64,000 nucleotides of DNA from Octopus sinensis (Eukaryota), in assembly GCF_006345805.1 (NCBI RefSeq), contig NC_043000.1, positions 130,262,001 through 130,326,000 of the forward strand, given 5' to 3'. Of the stretch, positions 36,917-50,190 are shown one piece after another. The notes below the pieces were generated by a model. That model did not search any database, was not told the DNA's origin, and saw only the letters and a program-made list of their open reading frames with translations. A program made the position numbers and the translations under genes. Position 1 is the first letter of the stretch. Every line of letters starts with the position of its first letter.

Positions 36917-37904
36917 ATATAAACATTGCTGACAAATACATTGAGATGTGATGTACATAGCTTTTTCTTGCATCACATTCTAAATAAAATCAATGAAATT
37001 TTCGGGCATCGAAACTTAAGATTAATTACACGATCGACTACTTTAGTGCACTGTGCGTCTTCGCAAAGTCAAAAAAACCCCAAAAAACATGAAATGCCTT
37101 GTCTTGTTTCTGATCCTCTTAAGACAGAACAGAACACTAACACTATATCTACGGTACTTCTCCGTCTTCTGAAACCACATTGAATTTCAAGCAAAACGTC
37201 TATTGTTATTTCTTAAATAAACAACATTTAATGCACACAGACACACACAATCAGATTTTCACCGCCAATACATCACCCCACACACATACAAACACAAGCT
37301 TGTACACACACATATTTATATATAGCAAAATATCTCTGAGTGTCTGGTCATCAAGTGTTTTTTAATAAAATATTTGTTTGTCACCATGGTAATTTACAAT
37401 CGATGTAATACGATTTTCAAATTGAAAAAGTTATTTCCGCTATAATTATAACTGAAAAGGAAAAAAAAAATTATAATCCGTCTTAATCATTATATTATAA
37501 TTTCAAGAGATAACAATTCATTGTAGTTTGCTAAATTTTGACACGTGTACAACTATTTGACATTTCATTTATAACACTTGCTTTGTCTGAATTGGTTTCT
37601 TTCTTTACCTCTGGACAATGAACGGTTGAATATGTACATACGTAAACACCTATAAACGTACGTACATACATACATACATACAACTTCAAAATTAAAGTCG
37701 ACAATACCAATAAAGAAGACAAAATGGAAAGAGGATGTGATTATTAGTTTGACGTCCAAAGTAAAAGTGTCTTCGAGCTTAAACTTTTCATCAAAGAGTC
37801 ATTATATATTGATCAGAATGAAAGAAAACAACTGCGGTCAGTGACTGGAAGCAGTAAAAGTTTAAGATTACACGCTCTCACACTCACAAACACAAACTGG
37901 GAGG

Positions 37905-37961
<57 letters not shown>

Positions 37962-38143
37962 TGAGACAGAGAGGAAGACGTAGAGAAAGACAGAACTAAG
38001 AGAAAATGCCCATGCTTTGTAGCATCTTCTACTCTCGGCGTTCCGAGTTCATATCCTACTGATGCGAAGCACTGGTCAAGGTCCATGTAGGGGTGAGCGA
38101 AAACGCTAGAACTTATGGCTACAGCAACCTTTGCGATGATTCT

Positions 38144-38374
38144 CATTTCTTTATTGCCCACAAGGGATTAAACATAGAAGGCACAAACAAGGACAGACAA
38201 ACGGATTAAGTCGATTATATCGACCACAGTGCGTAACTGGTACTTATTTAATCGACCCCGAAAGGATGAAAGACAAAGTCCACCTCGGCGGAATTTGAAC
38301 TCAGAACGTAGCAGCAGACGAAATACCACTAGGCGTTTCGCCTGGCGTGCTAGCGTTTCTGCTAGCTCGCCGCC
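38144..38374 (-). mobile_element. SINE family B with 16-bp TSD
   Basis: CCTTTGCGATGATTCT at 38128-38143 and 38373-38388. Confidence 0.96.
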
Positions 38375-38604
38375 TTTGCGATGATTCTGGTGATGAATTG
38401 TATCAGGTCTTCAGTGGCACGGCACCGTGGTGAGCGAGGTTCTGCAAGCATGGGTACATTCTGGTTATCCACAAAAAATATATGCAAATCTGCCGAGCCA
38501 GCAATTTTGAGAGAATTTTTTTCAGCAGACGCAGATCCGTAACATCACGTGACTCACGGTCTCCCCGCTCCACCGGACACAAATACAAATACATTAAAAA
38601 CTAA

Positions 38605-38620
38605 TTACATACACACACAC

Positions 38621-38657
<37 letters not shown>

Positions 38658-38800
38658 CGTCTACCAAATTCACTCAAAAGGCTTTGGTCGGCCCGAGGTT
38701 ATAGTAGAAGACACTTGCCCAAGGTGCCACGCAGTGGGACTGAATCCGGAACCATGTGGTTGGAAAGCATGCTACTTACCACACAGCCACTCCTACGCCT
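38605..38800 (-). mobile_element. SINE family A, head half only
   Basis: Matches the head through the internal microsatellite. Confidence 0.85.
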
Positions 38801-39601
38801 ATATAGTTTTTTTTTTCTTGCAACAAAGTATATAGAGAACAACAACATAGTCTTAATTCTAAAGTATTCTCGGTGATGGGTAATGCACCAGCCAACTTCC
38901 AAATTTTTGGCACTCTTTAAATCTTCATTGCATCGGCCACATATTTCTTACGGCAGGGTAGTTTCTAAAAGAATGACCTGCTATCACGTTTGCAAATTGA
39001 AGAAAGAGCTAGCCGTGTTGAACCACCTATCAGCGGCGTTTGAGAAAAAATACTGTATAATGAAGTCCGAAAGAATTATTCAAGCAATTATTTACCGAAA
39101 GTGCATGCACAGAAGATTTCGCTTGGCAGGGTCATGCATATATTACTTTGACGAGGAAAGAGTACCAGCAGACATCAATAACATTAGAGTGGGGACTAAT
39201 AAAGGGAAACTGGAAAAGGCAATATAGAATGTGTGTAAATGTTAAGAGTGATTCATGCTAAAATGTTATATATCAAAAAAAGAAAGAAAACCGCAAGAGT
39301 TGGCAACCAACGTAAACCTGAAAATCATAGTGTGAAGGCAGTAACACCAGATACTATTCTTACGAATAAGATCATCAGTAGCAGTTTCACCAAAATGAGA
39401 TAAATCCTGATTCACTTAACTGATAATGAATATCTTGGAAGAGCAGTAGTAAGATGTTCTGAATAAGGTATCTTGCTGCAGTGAATTACTTCGTGAGAGA
39501 AATCACAGTTGATATTAGATGCATTCTTTGAAAAGCAAGCAAAGCGCAAAGAAGAGTCATACCCTGGGCTCTGATCCTAGACTACGTCTCCTCTCTACAT
39601 T

Positions 39602-39823
39602 CCCCACTACTTCTGCTCGTGATCAGAGATGCACATATCGTCAGCCACTCAGGGACATGTTCATCTGGTTACGGTCAAACAACTGACAAGCAAATCTGCG
39701 TTATTGAGCAGAATATTTGCTGTAGCCCATCTTTTATACCAAGACAAAACTATGTACATGATAACACTTTCAATCAGTTGTGATCAGAAGCCACGAGGGC
39801 CACTGCTGGTACTGCATCAGGGC
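39602..39823. mobile_element. Truncated copy of the (TAA)n-associated repeat, opposite orientation to 42785-43338
   Basis: Reverse complement of ~42785-43010; abuts (ATT)n at the same terminus. Confidence 0.85.
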
Positions 39824-41259
39824 ATTTATGATTATTATTATTATTATTATCATTGTTGTTGTTGTTGTTGTAAACACTTACAGAGCTCATCGAAATTTAG
39901 TACAAACGTCACACTTCAGTTACCCTCTGTGAAAGTTGACTTGCTGAAATGGGTACGGTTAAATGACGTAAAATAGTAACTTGAAATAAATTGGAATTCA
40001 TTATAGGCCAATAAAAGATTAGAGTTTGGTCTTTTCATTTCAATAACTCGTAAAACGTCATATATAATTGCGTGACACACTAATAAAAAAGTTATGACGC
40101 TGCTGTGGAAGTATTTACATAACTATCTTAAACAGAAATCAGCATATTATTTGATCCACGCCCTTCATGGTATAATTATCTATCTTGCTAAATAGGAATA
40201 CTCAAAGCGGATGCTCTGTTGAATATAGCAGCTATATCGCCTTCAAACGCCACGCTGCTGTCTCATATGAAAACTACATTGGTCTCGGTCAGAACACGTT
40301 TGATAATAGGTCTCATCGATGAGGTCTGACAGGGTGCATGATAATAATTCGATATAAAGCTAAACTGCAGTCTAACGTCTATGTTATTATCATATCCAGT
40401 CATTAAGACCATGTGTATAGTAATAACTTGCTCCAGATAAACAAAGCCATTTCTGTTGTCGCAGTGTTTGATGGAACATGGAATTTTCTTCGAGAGATTT
40501 TCAGACATTACAACTTTCACGATTTCTCGTATTTCTGACCGTGATGGACACTAAGGCCGATTATACAATTTTCCATAGAAATTTGGATGAAAGACGTTTA
40601 TCTTCTATGAAACTGGTTCTGACCAGAATGGAAAACATTCTTGTGATCTTCAGTGTTAGAGAGATAGAGACTTATTTGATATGTGTAGTTTTGGTCATGG
40701 AGAGCATCGTAGTGGTAAATGAGAAAAGTTTTATCTAGGAAGCATGTGTGTTATTTCCACTATCTTTGTGCAATGGTTACACTTTTATAAGTTCTCTTTG
40801 TCTCAATACAGACTAAAATTTAAAATTTAAGAAAAAGCAAATTATGTATTCCGTTAGAACAAAATTATATACATTAATGGCAATATATTCCAAAATAGTT
40901 CAGTTGGCTTAAATAGCTAATATAACTATCATGATGTAATTGAATATTGGAAAAGCAAATAGTTACATAAAAGTGAAATTAATGAAACATTAGTACCAAT
41001 CGACTAAAAATAATGAAATTAAATTTATCAAAATTTACTTAAATAAAACCTGAACTAATAAAGTAAAAATGATATGTAATTTAGAGAAATTGATATAATG
41101 GTATCTATCATTAACTAAATATGAGAAACATGTTTCTATTCTAGGAATCAAATGTTCTCACTTACTCTGGTAGCTTGTTTGGTCTTTCTCTCTAATTTAT
41201 TCTTTTTCAAAATTTCTGACACCGTAGTACATTTCCAGTGTTAGATGTGCAAAGACAAG

Positions 41260-41260
<1 letters not shown>

Positions 41261-41343
<83 letters not shown>

Positions 41344-41381
41344 ATGATAATAATAATAATAATAACAATAATAATAATAAT
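41261..41381. repeat. (AAT)n microsatellite
   Basis: Seen directly in the sequence. Confidence 0.98.
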
Positions 41382-42720
41382 ATGATTCCACATTCGTGGA
41401 TCATCGAGTGATAAAACCTGTTTGGAATTGCGAGCAATGCAAATTGTTTCCTGAAGAGAAGTATGGTGGGGTAGAAAACTGAACTGACATCTTACGGAAA
41501 AAGTTTGGGCACCCTGGGTATCAGAAGAGTGATTTTCCAGGGTGATAGCCTATCTCTGTTGCTTTTTGTTCTCTGCATGATACCCCTGACGTTTGTACTT
41601 GGGAAAATGAACCTGGGGTAGCAACTAAAGGGAAAATCCCAAGCAATCAGCCACTTCCTCTTCACGGATGAAACTGTATGGCAAAGGTGAGCCACAAGCG
41701 AGTTCACTGGTGAACACGGTCCACTGTTTTAGAGCCTGATATTAGAATGGAATTTGGACGCAAGAAGTGCGGAATAATCTACCTAAAAAGAGGCAAGGTA
41801 CATGCTCTAACAGGGATAGCATTACCGGATAGAGACTTGATTCAACAAATTGAAACGGAAGGATACAAATACCTTGGTGTACCGGAGTCCAACGAGATAA
41901 TGGAAAAGGAAATGAAAAAGCAACTGTGGATGGAGTATTTCCAAAGACTGAGGTTGGTGTTGCACTCGAAATTGACAAGATAGAACAAAATCCCAGCAGG
42001 TAATATGTGGGCGATAGCATCACTTCGGAATGGTGTGGGAATTATGAAAATGGCAAAAGAGAGAAGGGAAGAAAATTGATAACAAGACCAGAAAAAATGT
42101 TGACAGTATACGGAGCATTCCATCGTAAGAGTGACACCGATAGGTTGTACTTGTCCACAAGAAAGATTGGGAGAGGTTTCATTAGTTTCCAGGGCTGTAT
42201 CGAAGCAGAGGAAAACAGCCTAGGGTGGCATGTAAAACAATGCAGTGGAGCCGCTGTTGAAGCACATGAAGAATGCCAGTGTCATTAAAATTGAAAATTG
42301 TGTAAATTTAAACAAAAATGAACAAAAAAAAAAAAAGAAAGAGCATGGAAGGAAAAATAACAACAGAAAAAATATGGTAAAAGCACACGCCAGAAAAGGT
42401 CACAGAAAATGAGAAAGCAACCATACTAAGGGAAAGGCCTCGAATGTGGAGTCTAAAACCAGAGACAATTCCTATCATAATAGACGTATTGGGTATGATA
42501 AAAAAATATTCAGACAAACGCATAACAAAGATACCATGACTAACAAATATATATATAACATATAGAAAATAGCACTACTAGGTACCGCATACATCCTACG
42601 TAAAACATTTTTCAATACAGCAACAATAAGAGAATCACAACAAACCACAGCACATACCCAAGGTCCACAGAGCAGCGCTCGGTAGCGCAGTGAAAGCACG
42701 TAATAAAAATTAAACTTCTG
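41382..42720 (+). mobile_element. 5'-truncated, internally deleted R4/Dong-clade non-LTR retrotransposon within (TAA)n
   Basis: Reads MIPHSWII..LFGIA..IRRVIFQGDSLSLLLFVLCMIPL, SHFLFTD, MEFGRKKC, YKYLGV, YGAFHRKSDTDRLYL, and C-terminal KIALLGTAYILRK (~42567-42605). (AAT)n abuts both ends. Confidence 0.88.
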
Positions 42721-42730
42721 AATAATAATG

Positions 42731-42784
<54 letters not shown>

Positions 42785-43338
42785 GCCCTGATGCAGTACC
42801 AGGCAGTGGCTCTCATGGCTTCTGATCTTAACTGATTGGAAGTGTTATCATGTACATTGTTTTGTCTTGGTATAAAAGATGGGCTACAGCAAATATTCTG
42901 CTCAATACCACAGATTTGCTTGTCAGTTGTTTGACCTTAACCAGTTGAGCATGTCCCTTAGTGGCTGACGATATGTGCATCTCTGATCACGAGCAGAAGT
43001 AGTGGGGGAGCATCATGGCCATGTGTTGAGAGGGATTCTTTGGAGTTTGAATGGTTCACCTCTGGAAACATAGGTGTTTCGTTCAACATCCTAAAGCAAC
43101 CCTTATTCAGGGACCGTTTGAGCAGGATGGGCTACTCAACCTGAAGAAAATTCTAACTGGGCCCCACCTGCAAGGTCATGTGCTGTTTATCTTGATATGA
43201 GATCACCATGTCGCGCACATATGGTTGTGATGCATGTGCCTGGTGTACCTTTATCAGACGGGTAGTCATGATGGGTATATTGGGCTTCGTATATTTTACC
43301 CCAGTGTCACTTTGATGGCATGAACTGCTCTCTCACTC
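42785..43338. mobile_element. ~555-bp non-coding interspersed repeat flanked on both sides by (AAT)n
   Basis: A second copy lies at 39602-39823. No ORF and no clear Pol III boxes. (AAT)n at 42720-42782 and 43339-43399. Confidence 0.8.
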
Positions 43339-43847
43339 AATAATAATAATAATAATAATAATGATAATAATAATAATAATAATGATAATAATAATAATAG
43401 GTTTGTAAAAACTAGAACCAGGATGAGGTTGCTACAATCATGCATTGGCAAATCTCAAAATTTGGATTGAATGTTTAAAATTGGTATGACTATAAACTAC
43501 AATGTGTCCTTGACAGGTTACGATATGAAAATTCAAATGGATTGCCAAATAACGCATTCAATCCCACGTTTTATCGCCCAACCGAAAACGGAATGTGTTA
43601 CTAAAAAAAATTAAATCATAAAGTGAACGTCATAGTGAAAGACGTAGGACAAAAAATACTTCAAAATATATCCAGAAATAGCCAGGAATAGCCATAAAGT
43701 TAACGTAATCCAACTGTAATAAATGCCTTTTGAAGATGTACGAGATGTTTAAATGTTTGGTTGAATATTCAAACGAATTTCCTGACTTTAAAGTTACTTG
43801 GTTGCTGGCATAGCAAACACTATAAAATAATTATTACGTATTATTAT

Positions 43848-44279
43848 AGGCTGTGGTTGTGTGGTAAGTAGCTTGCTTACCAACCACATGGTTCCAGGTT
43901 CAGTCGCACTACGTGGCACCTTCGGCAAGTGTCTTCTACTATAGCCTCGGGCCGACCGAAGCCTTGTGAGTGGATTTGGCAGACGGAAACTGAAAGAAGC
44001 CCGTCATATTTATGTATATATTTTTGTGTGTGTGTGTGTGTGTGTGTCTGTGTGTGTGTGTTTGTGTGTCGGTTTGTCCCCCCCAACATCACTTGGTAAC
44101 CGATGCTGGTGTGTTTTCGTCCCCGTAACTTAGCGGTTCGGCAAAAGAGGCCGATAGAATAAGTACTAGGGTTACAAAGAATAAGTCCTGGGGTCGATTT
44201 GCTCGACTAAAGGCGGTGCTCCAGCATGGCCGCAGTCAAATGACAGAAACAAGTAAAAGAATAAAAGAATAAAAGAATA
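43848..44279 (+). mobile_element. SINE family A, full length
   Basis: Matches the consensus; ends (ATAAAAGA)n. Confidence 0.95.
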
Positions 44280-44826
44280 CCCAATGTGTGTCGTGTACTA
44301 TTTGTGTTTGCACTCCGCCTCCACTCACTGTATTAAAGATAGTACACTACACACACACATATGTATATAAGCACACATACATACACACACATACACACAC
44401 ACACACACACACTGCAAAGTTATACACAAGTGCACGCGCACATACGCAGCGGATAGTATCTAAATTCCATAAGACGGACAAGACGAATATATATTCAAAT
44501 TCTGTAAACATTCTCTCATGTATTTTGCAGTTGTAATAAAATTACGATCAATTAATACGCCATAATTATGTTTTTACAGAGATACTATATTTATTTAAAG
44601 ACAACTCAATTATAATATCAGAGCAGAGAAAACAATTTGTTTATAATACACCCAATTTAGATATGTATCTGTGAGACCATTAAATTCTGATAACACTCAT
44701 AACTTTTGCAAGCAGCGTGTTATTCCAGATATTCTAATAGTGGCTCCATCATGATTTTACGAAAGTATTTCATTTTAAAAGATCTTTGATTAGTAGAATT
44801 AAAAGCATAGTATATTGGACCATATA

Positions 44827-45430
44827 AGGCAGTGAGCTGGCAGAAACATTAGCACGCCGGGCGAAATGCGTAGCCGTATTTCGTCTGCCGTTGTTACGTT
44901 CTGAGTTCAAATTCCACCGAGGTCGAATTTGCCTTTCATCCTTTCGGGGTCGATAAATTAAGTACCAGTTACGCACTGGGGCCGATGTAATCGACCTAAT
45001 CCGTTTGTCTGTCCTTGTTTGTCCTCTCTGTATTTAGCCCCTTGAGGGTAGTAAAGAAATAGGTATTTCGTCTGTCGTTACGTTCTTAGTTCAAATTGCG
45101 CCGAGGTCGACTTTGCGTTTCACCCTTTCGGGGTCGATAAATAAAGTACCAGTTTCGCACTTGGGTCGATGTAATCCACTTAATCCCTTTGTCTGTCCTT
45201 GTTTGTGCCTTCTATGTTTAGCCCCTTGAGGGTAGTAAAGAAATAGCTATTTCGTCTGTCGTTATGTTCTGAGTTCAAATTGCGCCGAGGTCGACTTTGC
45301 CTTTCACCCTTTCGTGGTCGATAAATAAAGTACCAGTTTCGCCCTTGGGTCGATGTAATCGACTTAATCCCTTTGTCTGTCCTTGTTTGTGCCTTCTATG
45401 TTTAGCCCCTTGTGGGTAGTAAAGAAAAAA
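44827..45430 (+). mobile_element. SINE family B trimer
   Basis: Units ~44827-45060, 45061-45243 and 45244-45430. A single 14-bp TSD TATTGGACCATATA lies at 44813-44826 and 45437-45450. Confidence 0.94.
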
Positions 45431-46037
45431 AAATTGTATTGGACCATATAGTATTGGAACGAATAAAGGAAAGTTATGCAAATATGAAAGTACTCTTCTT
45501 GTTTGATCAACAGACTATGTATAAATGTAGTCGTCCCGCTCATCGGCAATCATGTTGCGCAAAAACGTTTTACCTGTGTGTTTGTCCATGACGTTTTACC
45601 TGTGTGTTTGTCTCATGACGTGCGTGTGACCTGGGTTTCAGTGAGAGTGAAAGTTACGTAACACCAGCCAAACTCTCGTGTGTAGGCCTACCAGAGGCAA
45701 GAAAGGAACAAGTTCGGTTGGTGATAGATTTAAATATAATAAACAACCAGAACTTCTTTATCTCGCGTCGTGACCTTAGTATTTCATAAGGTTTACTGAA
45801 ATCCCATGTTTGACAGTTGTTTCGACTGTTCTCGATCATTGAATACAGAGACACACATAGAGACATATCATCGAAGCAAATGTATTCAAGTGTCAATAGT
45901 CAACCTCACGCACTTACATCAGAGCAGACTATCAAATATTGTTCCTGCTATTGCTATCTCTCGGTACATTTAATAACGTTTTGACATTTGGTCAGGGCCA
46001 CCAATGTCACAAAACAAATATGTGTGTTTGTACACGC

Positions 46038-46074
<37 letters not shown>

Positions 46075-46214
46075 TATGTGTGTGAGTGTGTGTAAATGTG
46101 TGCATGAGTATGTGCGTGCGCCTACTTTGTGTCAGTTTTTATGTATGTATGCATATGTTCGTGTGTTACCAGCTTGTATTAGATACCCATCTTTAGTTCT
46201 TCTGCGCTCACGAT

Positions 46215-46350
46215 GATGATGATGATGATGATGATGATGATCACTCCATCTGCCAAAACATCAACTACAGTTTCTGCTGCTGCTGCTGCCACTGCTGCTG
46301 CTGCCACTGCTGCTGCTGCCACTGCTGCTGCTGCCACTACTGCTGCTGCT
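46215..46350. repeat. (GAT)n followed by a 15-bp unit (CTGCTGCTGCTGCCA) x~4
   Basis: Seen directly in the sequence. Confidence 0.92.
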
Positions 46351-46667
46351 TCATTTGATTGATCCTTTACATCGAACGGTCGTCTTCTGTTTTCCTTTTA
46401 ATTTTTGTTTATCCATTCCCTGTAGTGATTGACGTGCTCTATGACAATTTGGCATGAAATCAATGCAGCCTCACTGTTCCCTCTCGTGCCCACATCTCTG
46501 CTTTTCTTTTATCTTTCAATACTCTTTGTCACCATTTTGTACAGGCATTTCAAATATATTTTCTTCATGTTTTTAACAACTAAAATTTTATTTTCATTTT
46601 CTTATGTCTGTCTATATATATACATACTGCCTATCTCATCTCCTGTCTTTAGATATACACACATATA

Positions 46668-46671
46668 CATA

Positions 46672-46724
<53 letters not shown>

Positions 46725-46787
46725 CTATCTATCTATCTATCTATCTATCTAACTACCTATCTATCTATCTTTCTATCTATCTATCCA

Positions 46788-46847
<60 letters not shown>

Positions 46848-46942
46848 ATATATATAATATATATATGTATGTATATATATATATATGTATATATATATAT
46901 AATATATATATATATATATGTATATATATATGTATATATATA

Positions 46943-46983
<41 letters not shown>

Positions 46984-47040
46984 GCAGACACATACACATA
47001 TACATATAGATATAATCACATACACACACACATACACCTA
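46668..47040. repeat. Compound (TATC)n-(TC)n-(TA)n-(CA) microsatellite
   Basis: Seen directly in the sequence. Confidence 0.96.
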
Positions 47041-47778
47041 CATATAAATTCTTCCACGTCCTCTCTCACCCTATCTCCATATGTACACCTATCTGTGCGT
47101 GCATATTCACCTATCTTCTAGTTATTTACCTTTCTTCTTCTATTCTACCCGTATCGCGTTTTATGATTTTTTTCTCTTCTCATTCAAACATTGAATCTCT
47201 CCATGTCTCCTCAATTTGCATGTTACGCGTATTTCTATTACATAATGCAGCATTCTCCATACTCACGCGTGCCCCCCCTCCCACCGTTCCTTCACTTCCA
47301 ATGTTCTTTGTTTACTTTTCCTCTGATGTTTCTATCTTACTACTACCCCCGGCCTTTGTTTCCATCCGCTCTCCCAGCATCTGTTCTCTATTTCTTTCAC
47401 TTTTTTTTCATTTTTTCCTCCCTCACTGCAGCAATGAATAAACTACGACCTCTGTTTTTCTTCATCCAATTCACTTCACTACAGCTTTTCAAAATAGTTT
47501 TCTTTCTTGAAATTCACAAGTTAATCTACTAATGGTTAATCATGCTCCTTCTTTAGAAAGTATGGTAAACTCATAGCAGAAGAGTTCTACTTATATTCTC
47601 ATTCTCCACCATCCACATGCTAGGTTGTCTAACAATCTTAACAATCAACCTACCTATTTACCTGTTAATCTATTTGTCTTTCATACTTTGCATTCAGTCT
47701 AGCTTATATAACGCAGGTGGTTGTAGGCATCGAAGTGGCTGAATCATAAGAACGTCGAGTAGAAATGACTTACAGTAA

Positions 47779-48490
47779 CTCTTTTACTCTTTTACTTGTT
47801 TCAGTCATTTGACTGTGGCCATGCTGGAGCACCGCCTTTAGTCGAAAAAATTGACCCCGGGACTTTGTAAGCCTAGTACTTATTCTATCGATCGCTTTTG
47901 CCGAACCGCTAACATAAACACACCACCATCGGTTGTCAAGCGACGTTGGGGGGACAAACACAGACACACAGACATATATACACACATACATATATATATA
48001 CACATATATACGACGAACTACTTTCAGTTTCCGTCTACCAAATCCACCCACAAGGCTTTGGTCGGCCCGAAGCTATAGTAGAAGACAGTTGCCCAAGGTT
48101 CCACGCAGTGGGCCTGAACCCGGAACCATGTGGTTGATTTGCAAGCTACTTACCACACAGCCACTCCTGCGCCTAGGTTACAAAATTTAATAACAATAGT
48201 TCTTAATTAAATTTGTCATCTAATTTTCCCGAAACTCCAGATCGTATCGGTCTCTTTTGCTGAACCGTTAAGTTACGGGGACGTAAACACACCAGCATCA
48301 GTTTTCAAGCGACGTTGGGGGGACAAACACAGATACACAAATATACACACATATACGATGGGCTTCTTTCAGTTTCCGTCTACCAAATCCACTCACAAGG
48401 CTTTGGTCGGCCCGATGCTATAGTAGAAGACACTCGCCCAAGGTGCCACGCAGTGGGACTGAACCCGGAACCATGTGGTTGGTAAGCAAA
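47779..48490 (-). mobile_element. Two adjacent SINE A copies (full 47779-48174; partial 48243-48490)
   Basis: Both match the consensus. Confidence 0.9.
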
Positions 48491-48999
48491 GTTTTTCTGC
48501 GCTTTGAGTTCTAATGCCACCGAAGTGAAATTTGCCTTCCGTTTTCCTAGTTCGCTATAAAAAGTGCCAGTCAAGTACTAGAGTTGATATTTCTCTTTTA
48601 GTCTGCCTATGAGAATGAACTGTATTGCACAACACGAAGGATTGTGGGATGGGGAGGGGGTTAATTCACAGTGCCTCTTCCACTGCAATGGAGAAGGTTC
48701 TGGCGCGAGGCAAATTTTCGTAGGAAAATTGATACACTTTGAAACTGTCCATGTTTATTTTCCTCTCATCATGTCTACATGTCTATTTATGTATCCCTGT
48801 TATCTGTATCACCTTCTCCTGTCTCTCATTATGTGTTTGTGCGTGCGTACACACATCTACAATTAGAGTACGGAACGGAAATAATGTTCTTTGATTATCA
48901 GGCAGTGCGTGTGCGAGGGTTTTTTGTGTTGGCGTGTTTAATGTATATGCAGCTCTGTTTTACTTGTTGAGTACCTGCAGGACATACATAATTCTCTCC

Positions 49000-49903
49000 T
49001 TTCCTCATTGGCACGTAATTTCTCTCATCACCACGAATTACATATACACACACAGAGGCACGCACACACACAGACTCAGACACACACACACATGTACACA
49101 CACGCGCATATACATATTCACAAACACACAAACACATGCAAATACAAATATATAAGAATTATATATATATATATATATAATTCTCATCAATACATATTGA
49201 TATACACACATGCGCACACACACATATACATGCGTATAGATAGGTGTATATATGCATATATGTGTATTTATATATCTGTGAGTGTATATATACACATTCA
49301 CGTATACACACATATATACGCATAACTATACAAACATGCATACGTAATATCACGTACATACACACACGCATACACATACTCGCCAGCAGATATATATTTC
49401 TTTATTATTATTTTACTGGTTTAGTCATCAGGCTATAGCTATGCAATAATACTACCTTTAACTGAAAATCAATTACATCATACTCCCACCCCACTCCATC
49501 ATTCCTTCATCGATCTTGGAAGGTTGAAAGACAAAGGCGACCTTAGTATAATTTAAATTCCGCACGCAAAGACAGCGTTAACTAAATACCACAAGCCATT
49601 TAATTTTAGCTGACACTCTACTGGTACTTCTTACACACACACACACAGTTATAGAGATACACACAGAGAGGCTCATGGCTTAGTGGTTAGAGTCTTGAAT
49701 TTATGATCTTAAGAGTAAAGTTTCGTTTCCTGGACTGTGTAATGCGTTTTGCTCTGCAGCAAAACACTTCATTTCACGATGCTCCCGTCCACTCAGCTGA
49801 CAAAAAGGTTCAATCTTGCCACGGGCCAGTGTCTTGCTGGGACGATTTTCGACAATGAATCCTGGAAATCGGTTTAGGAGTCAATCACTGAAGAAGGAAC
49901 CTT

Positions 49904-49979
<76 letters not shown>

Positions 49980-50081
49980 TACAAACAATTTACGTATTTA
50001 TGCTAGCCATCGGTATGAAAATTTTTCTAAATTTTCTATCTTTATTATTTTCACAGTACACACACACACACACACACATGC

Positions 50082-50165
<84 letters not shown>

Positions 50166-50190
50166 CATATATATATACATATATATATAT
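49000..50190. repeat. CA/TA-rich microsatellite cluster containing a decayed SINE C (+, ~49668-49850)
   Basis: Seen directly; includes catggcttagtggttagag..gcaaaacacttcatttcacgatgctcccgtccactcagctg. Confidence 0.85.

Noticed and set aside
38545-38570. Overlapping CACGTG E-box and TGACTCA AP-1-like motif
   Set aside because: Short motifs are expected by chance and there is no promoter evidence.
40250-40740. Overlapping ORFs on both strands with a CSIKHCDN THAP-like word
   Set aside because: The remaining THAP residues are absent and there is no coherent protein.
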